Shown: positions 11,039-21,674 of the stretch, in pieces
Numbering within the stretch: position 1 is the stretch's first letter
Layout: every line of letters starts with the position of its first letter
From: Octopus bimaculoides
Lineage: Eukaryota
Length of the DNA: 40,375 nucleotides
Direction of reading: 5' to 3'
NCBI RefSeq assembly: GCF_001194135.2
Contig: NC_068982.1
Coordinates: 186,299,874-186,340,248 of the forward strand
Notes under the pieces: model-generated
What the model was told of the DNA's origin: nothing
The model's database searches: none
What the model saw: only the letters and a program-made list of their open reading frames with translations
Translations under genes and position numbers: made by a program

Positions 11039-11288
11039 ACTCCTGTGCAGGTGGCACATAAAAAACACCATTTGAGCGTGGCCGTTGCCACTACTGCTGG
11101 ACTGGCCCTCGTGCCAGTGGCACGTAAAAAGCACCCACTACACTCTGAGTGGTTGGCGTTAGGAAGGGCATCCAGCTGTAGAAACTCTGCCAGATCAGAT
11201 TGGAGTCTGGTGTAGCCATCCGCTTCGCCAGTCCCCAGTCAAATCGTCCAACCCCTGCTAGCATGGAAAGTGGACATTAAATGATGAT
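11039..11288 (+). mobile_element. Family A 3' end fused to U6
   Basis: Starts immediately after the U6 T-tract and ends CATGGAAAGTGGACATTAAATGATGAT. Confidence 0.9.
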
Positions 11289-11465
11289 CCTCTTCCTGTC
11301 GCTTATCCATATGTTTTTCAAGTGGGGAATCTCTTTTCCCCTTGTCTTAACTTGCCAACAAATTGAATTTTCATTGAACATAATAATATTGATGCATTAA
11401 TTTGTATTTTATATTTAAATCTTGTCTATAATCAAAATTTTGTTTTTATCATTAAAATGTTTAAG

Positions 11466-11605
11466 GTGTAGCAAACTCCCTTGATCTGACAGACCGTATT
11501 TTACCCAGGCTGCAGGCACGATTAGATCTCAGACCCACTCTTATGAATTTTCCTCCATATACTAAGGATCAAATTGTTCAAGTTATTGAAGGCCGGTTAA
11601 AAGTG
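11466..11605 (+). CDS. CDC6: CDC6 exon, sensor I / arginine-finger region
   Basis: TTTAAG acceptor, GVANSLDLTDRILPRLQAR...NFPPYTKDQIVQVIEGRLKV, GTAAGT donor; phase 1/0. Confidence 0.97.
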
Positions 11606-11861
11606 GTAAGTCACATTTCTATATTCCTCAAATATTTATTTATGATATAGTAAGACTAACCGTTTAACATTCAGATTACTCTGCCAAGTGGAACGATTAT
11701 TTATTCAGATTGTTTTGAATTAATCAGGTCTTATCTTGTAGATCTGAGATTTCAGTGAAGTAATTATTTTTAGAATGCCTTTGTAGGGTAGGTGTGGGAG
11801 GCTGGATCTTGCTGGTTTGAACATAAAAACTGGTAGAATATCTGGGCCAGTTATAACCAGA

Positions 11862-12090
11862 TTAACTCTTTTGTTACCAACCTGGCTGAAACCGAGTCTG
11901 GCTCTGTAGTACAAATGTCTTGTTTTCATAAGTTCTGAATTAAAATCTTCCACCAAACCTTTGTCACAATTTATGTTCCTAACACTAGCTTAATGATAAT
12001 TAAGTTATTTTACTAAATTCTTTGTTATATTCAAAGTAATTGAAAGAAACACAGAGCATCTCAAAATAAATACAGTAACGAAAGGGTTAA
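11862..12090. mobile_element. piggyBac-like MITE
   Basis: TTAA-CTCTTTTGTTACC ... GTAACGAAAGGG-TTAA. TTAA flanks with CCCT/AGGG-type ends are piggyBac hallmarks. Confidence 0.7.
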
Positions 12091-12182
12091 AATTAATTTT
12101 ATTATAATAATATTCAAATATTAATGTTTTTTCAAATGATAGACCAATTTTTTTTTTCCTCTTTTTTTCTCCCCCTTTGAAG

Positions 12183-12345
12183 TTGAAATTAAATTGTGGC
12201 TATGTGTTTGAACCAAGTGCCATACAGTTTTGTGCTCGTAAAGTAGCTTCTATGGCCGGAGATATGAGGAAAGCTCTTGATATTTGCCGAAGAGGCATTG
12301 AACAAATGGAAACTGAGATCCGATTCCAACAAATATCGTCATCAG
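12183..12345 (+). CDS. CDC6: CDC6 exon, sensor II
   Basis: Long pyrimidine tract plus AG, LKLNCGYVFEPSAIQFCARKVASMAGDMRKALDICRRGIE..., GTAGGA donor; phase 0/1. Confidence 0.96.
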
Positions 12346-12430
12346 GTAGGACTTACCATTTAATTATATAAAAGTATTGATCTTACTGAGACCCGAGACT
12401 AAAAATAGTCAGTTGATCGAATATTATGTC

Positions 12431-12815
12431 TATGAGGGTGAGTCAAAAAGTAATGCCATTTTGTGTAGGACAGGTATAATTATCAACACAGGAACATGTA
12501 TCATACATCAAAATGAAGCTGGTCCTCTGTGGATCACATCCCTACTTCTTAACATAGTTACCGTTTCTCTCAATAGGAATATTCCACCTTCGAATGAGAG
12601 TATGTATCCCTGCCCCATAAAATTCTGTTGACTGTTCTTTGAGCCATTTCTTCACTACAGTTTTCACTTCCTCGTCACTGGACGGTGACTATACTGAAAA
12701 GTAGGGATGTGATCCACAGAGGACCAGCTTCATTTTGATGTATGATACATGTTCCTATGTTGGTAATTATACCTCTCCTAAACAAAATGGCATCACTTTT
12801 TGACTTACCTTTATT
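12431..12815. mobile_element. Mariner-derived MITE with ~130-bp inverted arms
   Basis: Starts TATGAGGGTGAGTCAAAAAGT and ends with its imperfect reverse complement. The minus-strand interior encodes SDEEVKTVVKKWLKEQSTEFYGAGIHTLIRRW...NGNYVKK*. Confidence 0.9.
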
Positions 12816-13452
12816 GAACTTTGATGTGTGAATGGCTGACCCCTCTGACAGGATTTTGATGTAGGACAAAACTTAACGAGACTGTTTTGGGCTTTACTAT
12901 TTTTCTTAATGATTCAGTTGCAGGCTTAGTCTCACTGTATGGTACCTTGGGCTAATCGCTTCAAATATAGCTTCTGATTGACCAGCATCATCATTTTAAT
13001 GTCCACTTTTCCATGCTTGCCTCGGTCAAACAGTTTAGACAGGTTTCCTGTGGCTGGATACCATTCCTGTCACCAACCCTCGCCTCTTCCCAGATGTGTT
13101 TTCTCATAGAAGATGAAATGAACAGCAACACTAAGGCGGTGCTGCTTGTTTACAATATCAAGACATGGGTACACACATGCACACACACACATGCATGTAT
13201 ATGACAGGATTATTTCAATTTGTGTCTACCAGTTCTAGTCACAAGGCTCTTGTTGGCCCAGAGCTATAAGTAGAAAACACTTGCCCAAGGTGCTGTGCAG
13301 TTGGATTGAACTGAATACCTCCTAGTTGGAATATAAGCTTCTTAACCATTCAGCTAGGCCTGCACATATTGTTTTTTAACACGATTGCCGAATCTTACTT
13401 GGTTTGGTAAAATATGATAACAACAATTGTGATTTATCCTTTTTTTGTACAG

Positions 13453-13661
13453 GTTCCAAGACCCCCAATGGCAAAACTGAATGTTCTAAGAAAATAACTA
13501 TATCCCACATTTCTAAAATAATGACTGAAGTCTATGGATTACCGATTGTGAATTCTACAGAAGAGATGACTAGTGTTCCAATTCAACAGAAAATTGCTAT
13601 ATGTTCCATTTTTCTAATGGTGAAACATGGTAAAGGTGCAAAAGAAGTGGAACTTGGAAAC
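13453..13661 (+). CDS. CDC6: CDC6 exon, start of winged-helix domain
   Basis: TTTTTGTACAG acceptor, ...ITISHISKIMTEVYG...SVPIQQKIAICSIFLM...KEVELGN, GTAAGA donor; phase 1/0. Confidence 0.95.
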
Positions 13662-14394
13662 GTAAGAGTTTATCTTATTGTTCTTTGGTATTTGTTATCC
13701 AAGAGTTATGGCATTATTCCAGTAAATCGGTATAATTAAGCGATGGTTCTGGTCTTGCAGTGGTCATCATCATTGTTGTTTTAATGTCTGCTTTTTCCAT
13801 GTTTGCAAGGGGTGGACAGATTTTGAGGTGGATTCCCTACAGGCAGATATCCTTCCTGTTGTCAACCGTTATTTCCAAACAAGGAAATATTTCCCCATGA
13901 CCAGGCATGCTTTTGCACAATACTGAAATATTGGTTTCAAATTTTGGTACAAGGCCAGCAATTTTTGGGGAGCAGCTAAGTCAGTTGGGTTGACCTTAGA
14001 ATTCAGTTGTACTTACTTTATCGACCACATGAGGGATGAGAAGTGAAGTTGACCCCTAGCAGCATTTGAACTCTGAATGTAAAGATTCACAAAATTGCCA
14101 CTATGCATTTTGTCTGGCAAGGATTCTGCCAGCTTGTAGCCTTGCAGTACTGAAATCTATTTGAGTGCCACCAATTGTATGACAGTGGCACTTGTTTGCA
14201 ACTATTACATGATTTGAAAATAAGGTGAGACACACACAACAGGATTCTTCCAGTTTCTGTTTACCAAATCCACTGAAGGCTTGATTGACCTGGGACTGTA
14301 AAAGACACTTGCTCAAGGTGCCACAGAGTGGGACTGAACCGAACACCATGTGGCTAGGAAGTAAATTTCTTAACCCTTTAGCATTCAGATTATT

Positions 14395-14925
14395 CATTGT
14401 CATCATCGTCATTTAACATCCACTTTCCATGCTGGCATGTGTTGGACAATTTGATTGAGGACTGGTAAGCTAGGGGACTGCACCAGGCTCTGTCTGATTT
14501 GGCAATGTTTCTACAGCTGGATGCCCTTTCTAATAACCACTCCAAGAGTGTAGTGGGTGCTTCTATGTGTCGCTGGCTTAGGAGCCAGTCAGGTGGCACT
14601 GGCATCAGCCATACTTGAATGGTGCTTTTTACGTGCCACCAGCATGGGTGTCAATCAGGCAGCACTGGCATTGGTCACACTTGAATGGTGCTTTTTATGT
14701 GCCTGGAGCACAAGTGCCGGTCAGGTGGCACTGGCATCATCCAAGCTTGAATAGTGCATTTTCTGTGCCATTCAGGTGGCACTGGTATCAGCCGTTCTTG
14801 AATGGTGCTTTTTACATTCCACCGGCACAGGTGTCAATCAGGCGGCACTGGCATTGGTCACACTTAGATGGTGCTTTTTATGTGCCGGCAGCACAGGTGC
14901 CAGTCAGGTGGCACTGGCATTTTAT
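14395..14925 (-). mobile_element. Family A (second subfamily) with ~60-bp tandem units
   Basis: CATCATC tail, core, then repeated CAGTCAGGTGGCACTGGCATC...TTGAATGGTGCTTTTTA units. Confidence 0.85.
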
Positions 14926-14989
14926 GTGCCCTACAGCTATACCTCCCCCACTTCTCTCTATGTATAAATGTGTGTATGTATGTGCTGCC

Positions 14990-15192
14990 ATATAAAAAGC
15001 ACTGGTGCTGGTGTCACATAAAAAGTGCTAGCGTCACATAAAGAGCACCCGTTACCTCTGTAAAGTGGTTGGCATTAGGAAGAGCATTTAACTGTAGAAA
15101 CCATGCCAAAACACAGTAGAGGCTGGTGTGGACTTACCAGCTCCTGTCAAACTGTCCAACCCATGCCAGCATGGGGAATGGACAGTGAATGA

Positions 15193-15195
<3 letters not shown>
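14990..15195 (+). mobile_element. Family A 3' end, diverged
   Basis: GTGGTTGGCATTAGGAAGAGCAT...AACCCATGCCAGCATGG. Related to 205-390. Confidence 0.75.

Positions 15196-15285
<90 letters not shown>
15194..15285. repeat. (CA)n microsatellite
   Basis: Pure CA run. Others at ~27128-27150 and 27365-27414. Confidence 0.98.
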
Positions 15286-15287
<2 letters not shown>

Positions 15288-15600
15288 GCTGTTATGTGTT
15301 AAGCCTGGCCAGTGTCTTGTTTGTTTGCTTTTTGTATACAAATAAAAATTCCAACTTAGCTCTGAATGATCAATGCTGCTTGTCACTGAAGGGGTAAAGC
15401 TAAGCCAAAACACCAGTGTCTCATGGTTCTCTGACATTTTTCAGAGTGAGGTGTTTTTAATGCAGTCTCCGTCTAGAACTTGCTCAGATATATATAAACT
15501 AAAATAAAAAAAAACAAAAAAACTAGTGTCATTGTGTATATGTTATGATGTACATACTGTTTAATGTATATTATATATTTTTCTTTTTTTTATCTTTCAG

Positions 15601-15741
15601 CTTCATGATGTTTTCAAAAAGGTGTGTCACCAATGTAACGTCACTGCTGTTGGTCAGTCAGAATTTGTATGTATTTCTAGTCTGTTAGAATCACAAGGGA
15701 TCATACAAACCAAAAAAGCCAAGGATTTAAGGAAAACCAAA
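15601..15741 (+). CDS. CDC6: CDC6 exon, winged-helix domain
   Basis: TATCTTTCAG acceptor, LHDVFKKVCHQCNVTAVGQSEFVCISSLLESQGII...RKTK, GTAAGT donor; phase 0/0. Confidence 0.95.
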
Positions 15742-16602
15742 GTAAGTATATCCATTATGTGTTTCCTCGGGCTGTGTAGTTTAGAATCTTGCTTTGCAAC
15801 CTTGTGGTTGCCACTTAAGTCCCACTATGGCATCTTGGGGCAAGTGTCTTTCTGTTGCACCAGGCCAACGAATGCCTTGTGAGTGAATTTGGAGGATAGG
15901 AATAGTATGAAACCTGTTTGTGTGTGTGTTGTTGTTGTTGATGTCAAGAATTTTATAAACTAAGGTGGCAAGCTGGGTGAAATGCCTAGTGGTATTTCGT
16001 CTGCTGCCATGTTCTGAGTTCAAATTCTTCTGAGGTCAACTTTGCCTTTTGCCCTTTCGGGGTTGATAAATTAAGTACCAGTTGCATACTGGTGTTGATC
16101 TAATCAACTCCCCTAAAATTTCGGGCCTTGTGCTTAGAATAGAAAAGAATTTTATAAGCATTCAAGAGATCTTGAAATAATCCTTATTTTTGGAATTGTC
16201 TCTCTTGAAGCATAAAGCTATAAATATTGCATGTTGAAAAACCTGTTCAGTTGAAAAACCTTTTTGGATAGAAAATGTCACGGGCTGCCTGTGAAACACA
16301 AACCCACACCTCTTGTAGACATAAAAGCTGTTCTATCTCTAGACCAAAATAATTCTTTGAATTTCTCTATTCGTCTCAGAAACTTTATTCTCACCACTGA
16401 TAATTGTCTGTTGCTGATGTCATAGGAAGTTTATAAACTTCATAAGACATAAGATTGTGAATTAATTCTGTTTTGGAATAATGGTTCCCAAAGCATACAC
16501 ATAAAGCAGTAAACAGTGGCATGTAAATGTTGGGGTTGAAAATTCCCTTTTTGGTTGCCTTTGACTTTTATTCAAAGGGGTTTTTCAACCAAATATTTAC
16601 AC

Positions 16603-16838
16603 GGGCATATGGCGTAGTGGTTAAGAGCGCGGGCTACTAACCCCAAGATTCCATGTTCGAATCTAGGCAGTGACCTGAATAATAATAATAATAATAATAT
16701 CAGAAAATACTTTAGGAATGAGAACTTGGGTTCAAAATTTCCCCAAGACACCTGATGAAGGCTGGAGGGTATATCAGCTGAAACATTGTGTTAACAACAA
16801 ACAAGACGAGAACAAATATCCGTCAATTGTAAATAATG
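16603..16838 (+). mobile_element. Family D tRNA-headed SINE with hammerhead-type tail
   Basis: A box TGGCGTAGTGG (16610), B box GTTCGAATC (16655), (AAT)n, then a tail shared with the copies at 2529-2757 and 18076-18285. Confidence 0.85.
16747..16792 (+). ncRNA. Minimal type I hammerhead ribozyme motif (one substitution in stem III)
   Basis: GACAC / CTGATGA / A / GGCTG-loop-CAGCT / GAAA / CATT / GTGTT. Stems I and II pair; the inferred ancestral CGTT reads CATT here. Confidence 0.75.
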
Positions 16839-17068
16839 AATACCAGATGTTTCAATTAACTTTTTAAATTACAAAGAATTTATTAAAATAATTTTGTCAT
16901 TATCAAGCTGGTATTTGGAACATAAATTAATGTGAAATTTTGGTCAGTTTAAAACAGGAACCTCATCAATGGAATCTTTTGCTAAGCTTGTATAGAAGTT
17001 TCAGGATGTAGAAAATAATTAATCAAATATTATTTTAAGTTTTAATCGGATTTGATTTTTAATTTCAG

Positions 17069-17158
17069 ATCTCCCTACGTTTGAGTGAGCAAGACTTACA
17101 ATGGTCATTCAAAGATAAAACGTTATTATCCAACATAATGGAACAAGGTTTACCATAA
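17069..17158 (+). CDS. CDC6: CDC6 last coding exon
   Basis: AATTTCAG acceptor, ISLRLSEQDLQWSFKDKTLLSNIMEQGLP-TAA. It ends in GLP-stop like vertebrate Cdc6. Confidence 0.95.
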   Translation: MSLRLSEQDLQWSFKDKTLLSNIMEQGLP

Positions 17159-17283
17159 ATACTACAAGAATCCATCAATGTGTAAAATATGTAATTATAT
17201 TTGTAAAGCATTTTGTTTTTTTAAAGAAAACATGAATGTTATTTTAATTTTGTTTTGTAACACTGAGATTATTTTAATATATA

Positions 17284-17289
17284 AATAAA
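17284..17289 (+). promoter_or_regulatory. Candidate CDC6 polyadenylation signal
   Basis: AATAAA about 125 nt after the stop, followed by T-rich sequence. The region is AT-rich, so chance occurrence is possible. Confidence 0.5.
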
Positions 17290-17334
17290 CTTAATTTTAT
17301 AGAAAAAAAAATTAATTTCAAGTTATTTTTCTTT

Positions 17335-17559
17335 CTAACCCTTGAGCATTTAAACTGGCCTCATCTGGGAATTGAACTCATGATTTTAGGATCTACCTGT
17401 TTCATGTTAAGACTGGCTAGATCCAGCCTCTCACACTTACTCTACAATATCAATCTAAAAATAATCACATCATTGAAATTTCAAAACTACCAGATGATAC
17501 CTGATTAATTCAAGATAATGTGAACGCATAAGTATTACATTTGAATGCTAAGGGGTGAA
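17335..17559. mobile_element. piggyBac-like MITE (second type)
   Basis: CTAACCCTTGAGCATTTAAACTGGCC...GAATGCTAAGGGGTGAA, antiparallel homolog of 10430-10643. Confidence 0.6.
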
Positions 17560-17596
17560 CCTGTTTTTAACCATATTTCTGTTGAAATATATTTTT

Positions 17597-17885
17597 TTCT
17601 ACTCTAGGTACAAAGCCTGAAATGTTAGGGGAGGGGCCAGTCGATTAGATTGACCCCAGCATGCAACCGGTACTTAATTTATCGACCCTGAAAGGATGAA
17701 AGGCAAAGATTGTTGTAGACTCTTTTCTATTCTAGGCACAGGGCCCAAAATTTTTGGGCAGGGGGCCATTCGATTAGATTGACCCCCGGTACACAACTGG
17801 TATTGAAAAGATGAAAGGCAAAGTCAATCTCGGCGGAATTTGAACTCATTTCGCCTGGCGGGCTAACGGTTCTGCAAGCTCACTG
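17597..17885 (-). mobile_element. Two tandem family C SINEs
   Basis: TCTAGG(T/C)ACA...GATGAAAGGCAAAG occurs twice head to tail. Confidence 0.8.
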
Positions 17886-18075
17886 GCTTCTCTTGAAATA
17901 TGTTGCTTTTAGAAAATTACTACTTTTAAAATCTTACGACGAGAGATATTCAGTAACAGTATTTTGGAGTAAAGATTATCTGCCAATATAACATGGCAGT
18001 CCTGGTTTAGGATGAATGTTGCTGTAATTTAGCCCCAGGAGACATTGGCTCTAGCTGGCCATACAACACGATCTG

Positions 18076-18285
18076 CAGGTTACTAACCCCAAGATTCCGA
18101 GTTCAATTCCAGGCAGTGACCTGCTGAATAATAATAATATCGAAAAATACCTTAGGAATGAGAACCCAGGTTTGAAATTTCCCCAAGACACCTGATGAAG
18201 GTTGGAGGGTATATCAGCCTAAATATTGTGTTAACAACAAACAAGATGAGGACAAATATCCTTTAAATGTAGATAGTGTTACATT
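18076..18285 (+). mobile_element. Family D SINE, 5'-truncated, degenerate hammerhead (GAAA>TAAA)
   Basis: TACTAACCCCAAGATTCC...GACACCTGATGAAGGTTGGAGGGTATATCAGCCTAAATATTGTGTT aligns to 16603-16838. Confidence 0.85.
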
Positions 18286-18827
18286 GGACATGTTTTTAAT
18301 GCTTTTTGCACTACATTCTCCAGCAACCTTTTGTTTTCACCTCTGGTGTGTGTGTGTGTGTGTGTATGCACTTGCATACATACATACAAACTCACATGTC
18401 AAGTCTGGTAAGCTCAACATCATCAATTCACCATATGTAATACACATTAAGTACAGGACATCACCAATGAGTGAAAATTACGTAAACACAGAGAGAGATG
18501 AGTAGAGGACAAAATACTGACAGAAGATAACTCCTCGTCAGTTGTCGACTGTTTTACGATTCCCTATTTCCTGCCTTCAACACCGTGTGTATTGTGTATC
18601 TCCTTTAGGTGTCCAAAATGTAGACCATAAGCAGTCATGTCCTGCTAGAATACTCTATTCTTTGTTTTCTTTAACAGTTCCACTTCCTAATTTTTAATGC
18701 CTCTTCCAACCAGTTTGTCAAGCTTGACATCCATATCGTCCTCCTTCCTCTGCTTCTTTTCTCCCCAGTCTTTTCTGTCATCTCTAAATTTGCTGAGCCC
18801 CTTATCTCACAAAGTTCCCTATTTACT

Positions 18828-19205
18828 TGTTGTTGTTGTTGGCACTCCGTTGCTTACGACGACAAGGGTTCCAGTTGATCCAATCAACGGAACAGCCTGC
18901 TCGTGAAATTAACGTGCAAGTGGCTGAGCACTCCACAGACACGTAGTTCTCGGGGATATTCAGCGTGACACAGTGCGACAAGGCTGACCCCTTGAAATGC
19001 AGATACAACAAAAACAAGGAAGAAAGAGAGAAAGTTGTGGTGAAAGAGTACAGCAGGGTTCGCCACCCCATCCCTGTAGGAGCCTCGTGGAGCTTTAGGT
19101 GTTTTCACTCAATAAACACTCACAACGCCCGGTCTGGGAATCGAAACCGCGATCCTATGACCGCGAGTCCGCTGCCCTAACCACTGGGCCATTGTGCCTC
19201 CACTT
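18828..19205 (-). mobile_element. Family F tRNA-headed SINE
   Basis: Minus strand GGAGGCACAATGGCCCAGTGGTTAG...GGTTTCGATTCCCAGACCGG (A/B boxes), (AAC)n tail. Confidence 0.8.
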
Positions 19206-19699
19206 CCTATTTACTACAGCCCGGGTAATCACTTCCTCATTAGACACTTTGTCTATTGAAGCTATCCTCAATGTTCTCCTTAAGAACCACATTTCATGGC
19301 TCTCCAAGCCCCTGACATTACAGGCTATGCCTCACTTCCATTCGTGTACACAAGATAGACATGGATCTAATCGATGCATGTGTTGATGTTTATATTTGTA
19401 TTACAAATGCCTCTCTCAAGTTGTTAAGGGTCTCTCAGATCAGAAGGACCTCATAAGCATTCGTCTCCAGTTCTGTTGTATCAAATGTTTGCAGACATGA
19501 CCATGTGATTGAGAAGTTAGTTTTGCAGTCATGTGGTTTCTAGTTCAATCCCACTGCACAACTCTATTTTTTTTCTAAGAAGAATTTAGTAGTCAATGGA
19601 AGCCGTGGAAGCCTCTCTCTGTCTGTCTCTCTTTCTCTTATGCACACACATCATGTATGTGTATGAAGACTGCAACCTGATTTTCAAGCAATGTCATAG

Positions 19700-20060
19700 C
19701 TTAATTATTCTCTTAAAGACGAGCAACACAGATATAGCTTTTCAATCCTGCTGAGAACCTACATTCTTTTCCACAGGTGTGACAATGATGAGCACCTCCT
19801 GCAGCAGGTGTTCACAGAGCTTACCACCCACGATGACACATGCCCTCATTCGATCATGGAATTTTTGAAGTGTTTTCTCTCTCTTGGCTGTGGGCAGCTA
19901 TGGTATGCAGCACACAAGAAAAATGTTAAAAACCAAGAGCTTGGTTGTGCCTGGAGCTTTTTTAAAATAAGGAAAGGCCTTGCTTAGACCACTCCTGTTC
20001 TCTGAACAATGCATGAATTTATCCCGAAAGAAATAGTCTATCAATTTAACTCTCAGATGT
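19700..20060 (-). mobile_element. Degenerate RTE-BovB-like 3' remnant with terminal zinc-finger-like motif
   Basis: Minus strand reads HHCHTCGKECRFSAGLKSY, like the CxxCGRxCxSxxGLxSH end of BovB-type ORFs. Confidence 0.45.
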
Positions 20061-20184
20061 TACATTAGAGCAATGGTTCTCAATCGGGGACCACATGAGA
20101 TTTTGTTGTTAAAATCTATGCACAATAAATTGGTTACAATACACAAAATATTAGATTTTTATTAGACAATTTCTAATAATGAGA

Positions 20185-20635
20185 AGACCTGTTAAGTCAA
20201 GTGAAATCGTAGTCGTGGCCAATGCCAGTGCCACCTGACTGGCTCCTGTGGCAGTGGCACGAAAAAAGTATCATTCGAGCATGGTCGATGCCAGTGCCGC
20301 CTGACTGGCTACTGTGGCTGTGGCACATAAAAAATACCATTCAGGTGTGGTTGATGCTAGTGCCACCTGACCGGCTCCTGTGGTGGTGGAACATAAAAAG
20401 TACCATTCGAGCGTGGTCGATACCAGTCCCACCTGACTGGCCTCCGTGCCAGTGGCATATAAAAGCACCCACTACACTCTCGGAGTGGTTGGCATTAGGA
20501 AGGGCATCCAGCTGTAGAAATTTTGCTAGATCAGATTGGAGCCGGTGCAGCCTCCCAATTTGCCAGTCCCCAGTCAAACCGTCCAACCCATGCCAGCATG
20601 GAAAACGGACGTTAAACGATGATGATGATGATGAT
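20185..20635 (+). mobile_element. Family A (second subfamily) with 4 tandem units and (GAT)n tail
   Basis: GCCAGTGCCACCTGACTGGC units, core, GGACGTTAAACGATGATGATGATGATGAT. Confidence 0.9.
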
Positions 20636-21194
20636 ATATATGTGTGTGGGATGGGATCTATGTTAGTCCCACCTGCCATCGCTTGACAGCCGGTATTAGT
20701 GTTTCCGTCCCCGTAACTTAGCGGTTCGGCCTAAGAGACCGATAGAATAAGTACTAGGCTTTCAAAGAATAAATCCCGGGGTCGATTTCTTCGACTAAAA
20801 CCCGTTTAAGGTGGTGCTCCAGCATGGCCGCAGTCAAATACCTGAAACAAGTAAAAGCGTGACACCCAAAATATTTTAACAATTGTTTTGATAAAACTTC
20901 CTAATATTTACTTATAAATATGTATGATTTTTGATGCCTCGAATGGCTAGGAGGGTCTAGCCGAGTAAAGCAGGAATCAGAGGGGTCCATAAGTTTGAAA
21001 AAAATGGTCGAGGAACACCGTGCCAGGAGAAGATCGACCATGGGCTAAACTGCAAGCGTGACAACTTGATCACCGTAAAAGTGTTAAGCTGGATATTATG
21101 TTATTTCAGAGTTATTTCCCTTAGACTTGTGTTAATGATTCTGCCAGCTCGCCGCCTGAGAGAGAATTACGAAAGAACGAAGAGAGAAATAATC

Positions 21195-21400
21195 TCTTAC
21201 TTGTTTCAGTCATTTGACTGCGGCTGTGCTGGAGCACCGCTTTTAGTCGAACGAATCGACCCCAGGACTTATTCTTTGTAAGCCTAGTACTTATTTTATC
21301 GGCTCTCTTGCTGAACCGCTAGTTTACGAGGAAATAATTACACCAGTATCGGTTGTCAAGCAATGGCGGGGTGACAAACACATGACACACACACACACAC
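21195..21400 (-). mobile_element. Family B SINE 3' half
   Basis: Reverse complement of the family B tail, running into a microsatellite and gap. Confidence 0.85.
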
Positions 21401-21674
21401 ACATATATATGTACATATATATATATATATATATATGTATATACACNNNNNNNNNNNNNNNNNNNNNNNNNNNNNNNNNNNNNNNNNNNNNNNNNNNNNN
21501 NNNNNNNNNNNNNNNNNNNNNNNNNNNNNNNNNNNNNNNNNNNNNNNNNNNNNNNNNNNNNNNNNNNNNNNNNNNNNNNNNNNNNNNNNNNNNNNNNNNN
21601 NNNNNNNNNNNNNNNNNNNNNNNNNNNNNNNNNNNNNNNNNNNNNNNNNNNNNNNNNNNNNNNNNNNNNNNNNN

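Noticed and set aside
14557-14995. Repetitive Trp/His-rich ORFs (also 3512-3996, 20222-20686)
   Set aside because: Translations of family A tandem units, open in several frames, with no splice or start context.
16603-16680. tRNA gene (also 19130-19205, 30075-30152 and similar heads)
   Set aside because: A/B boxes are present but no full cloverleaf is evident, and each continues into a shared SINE body.
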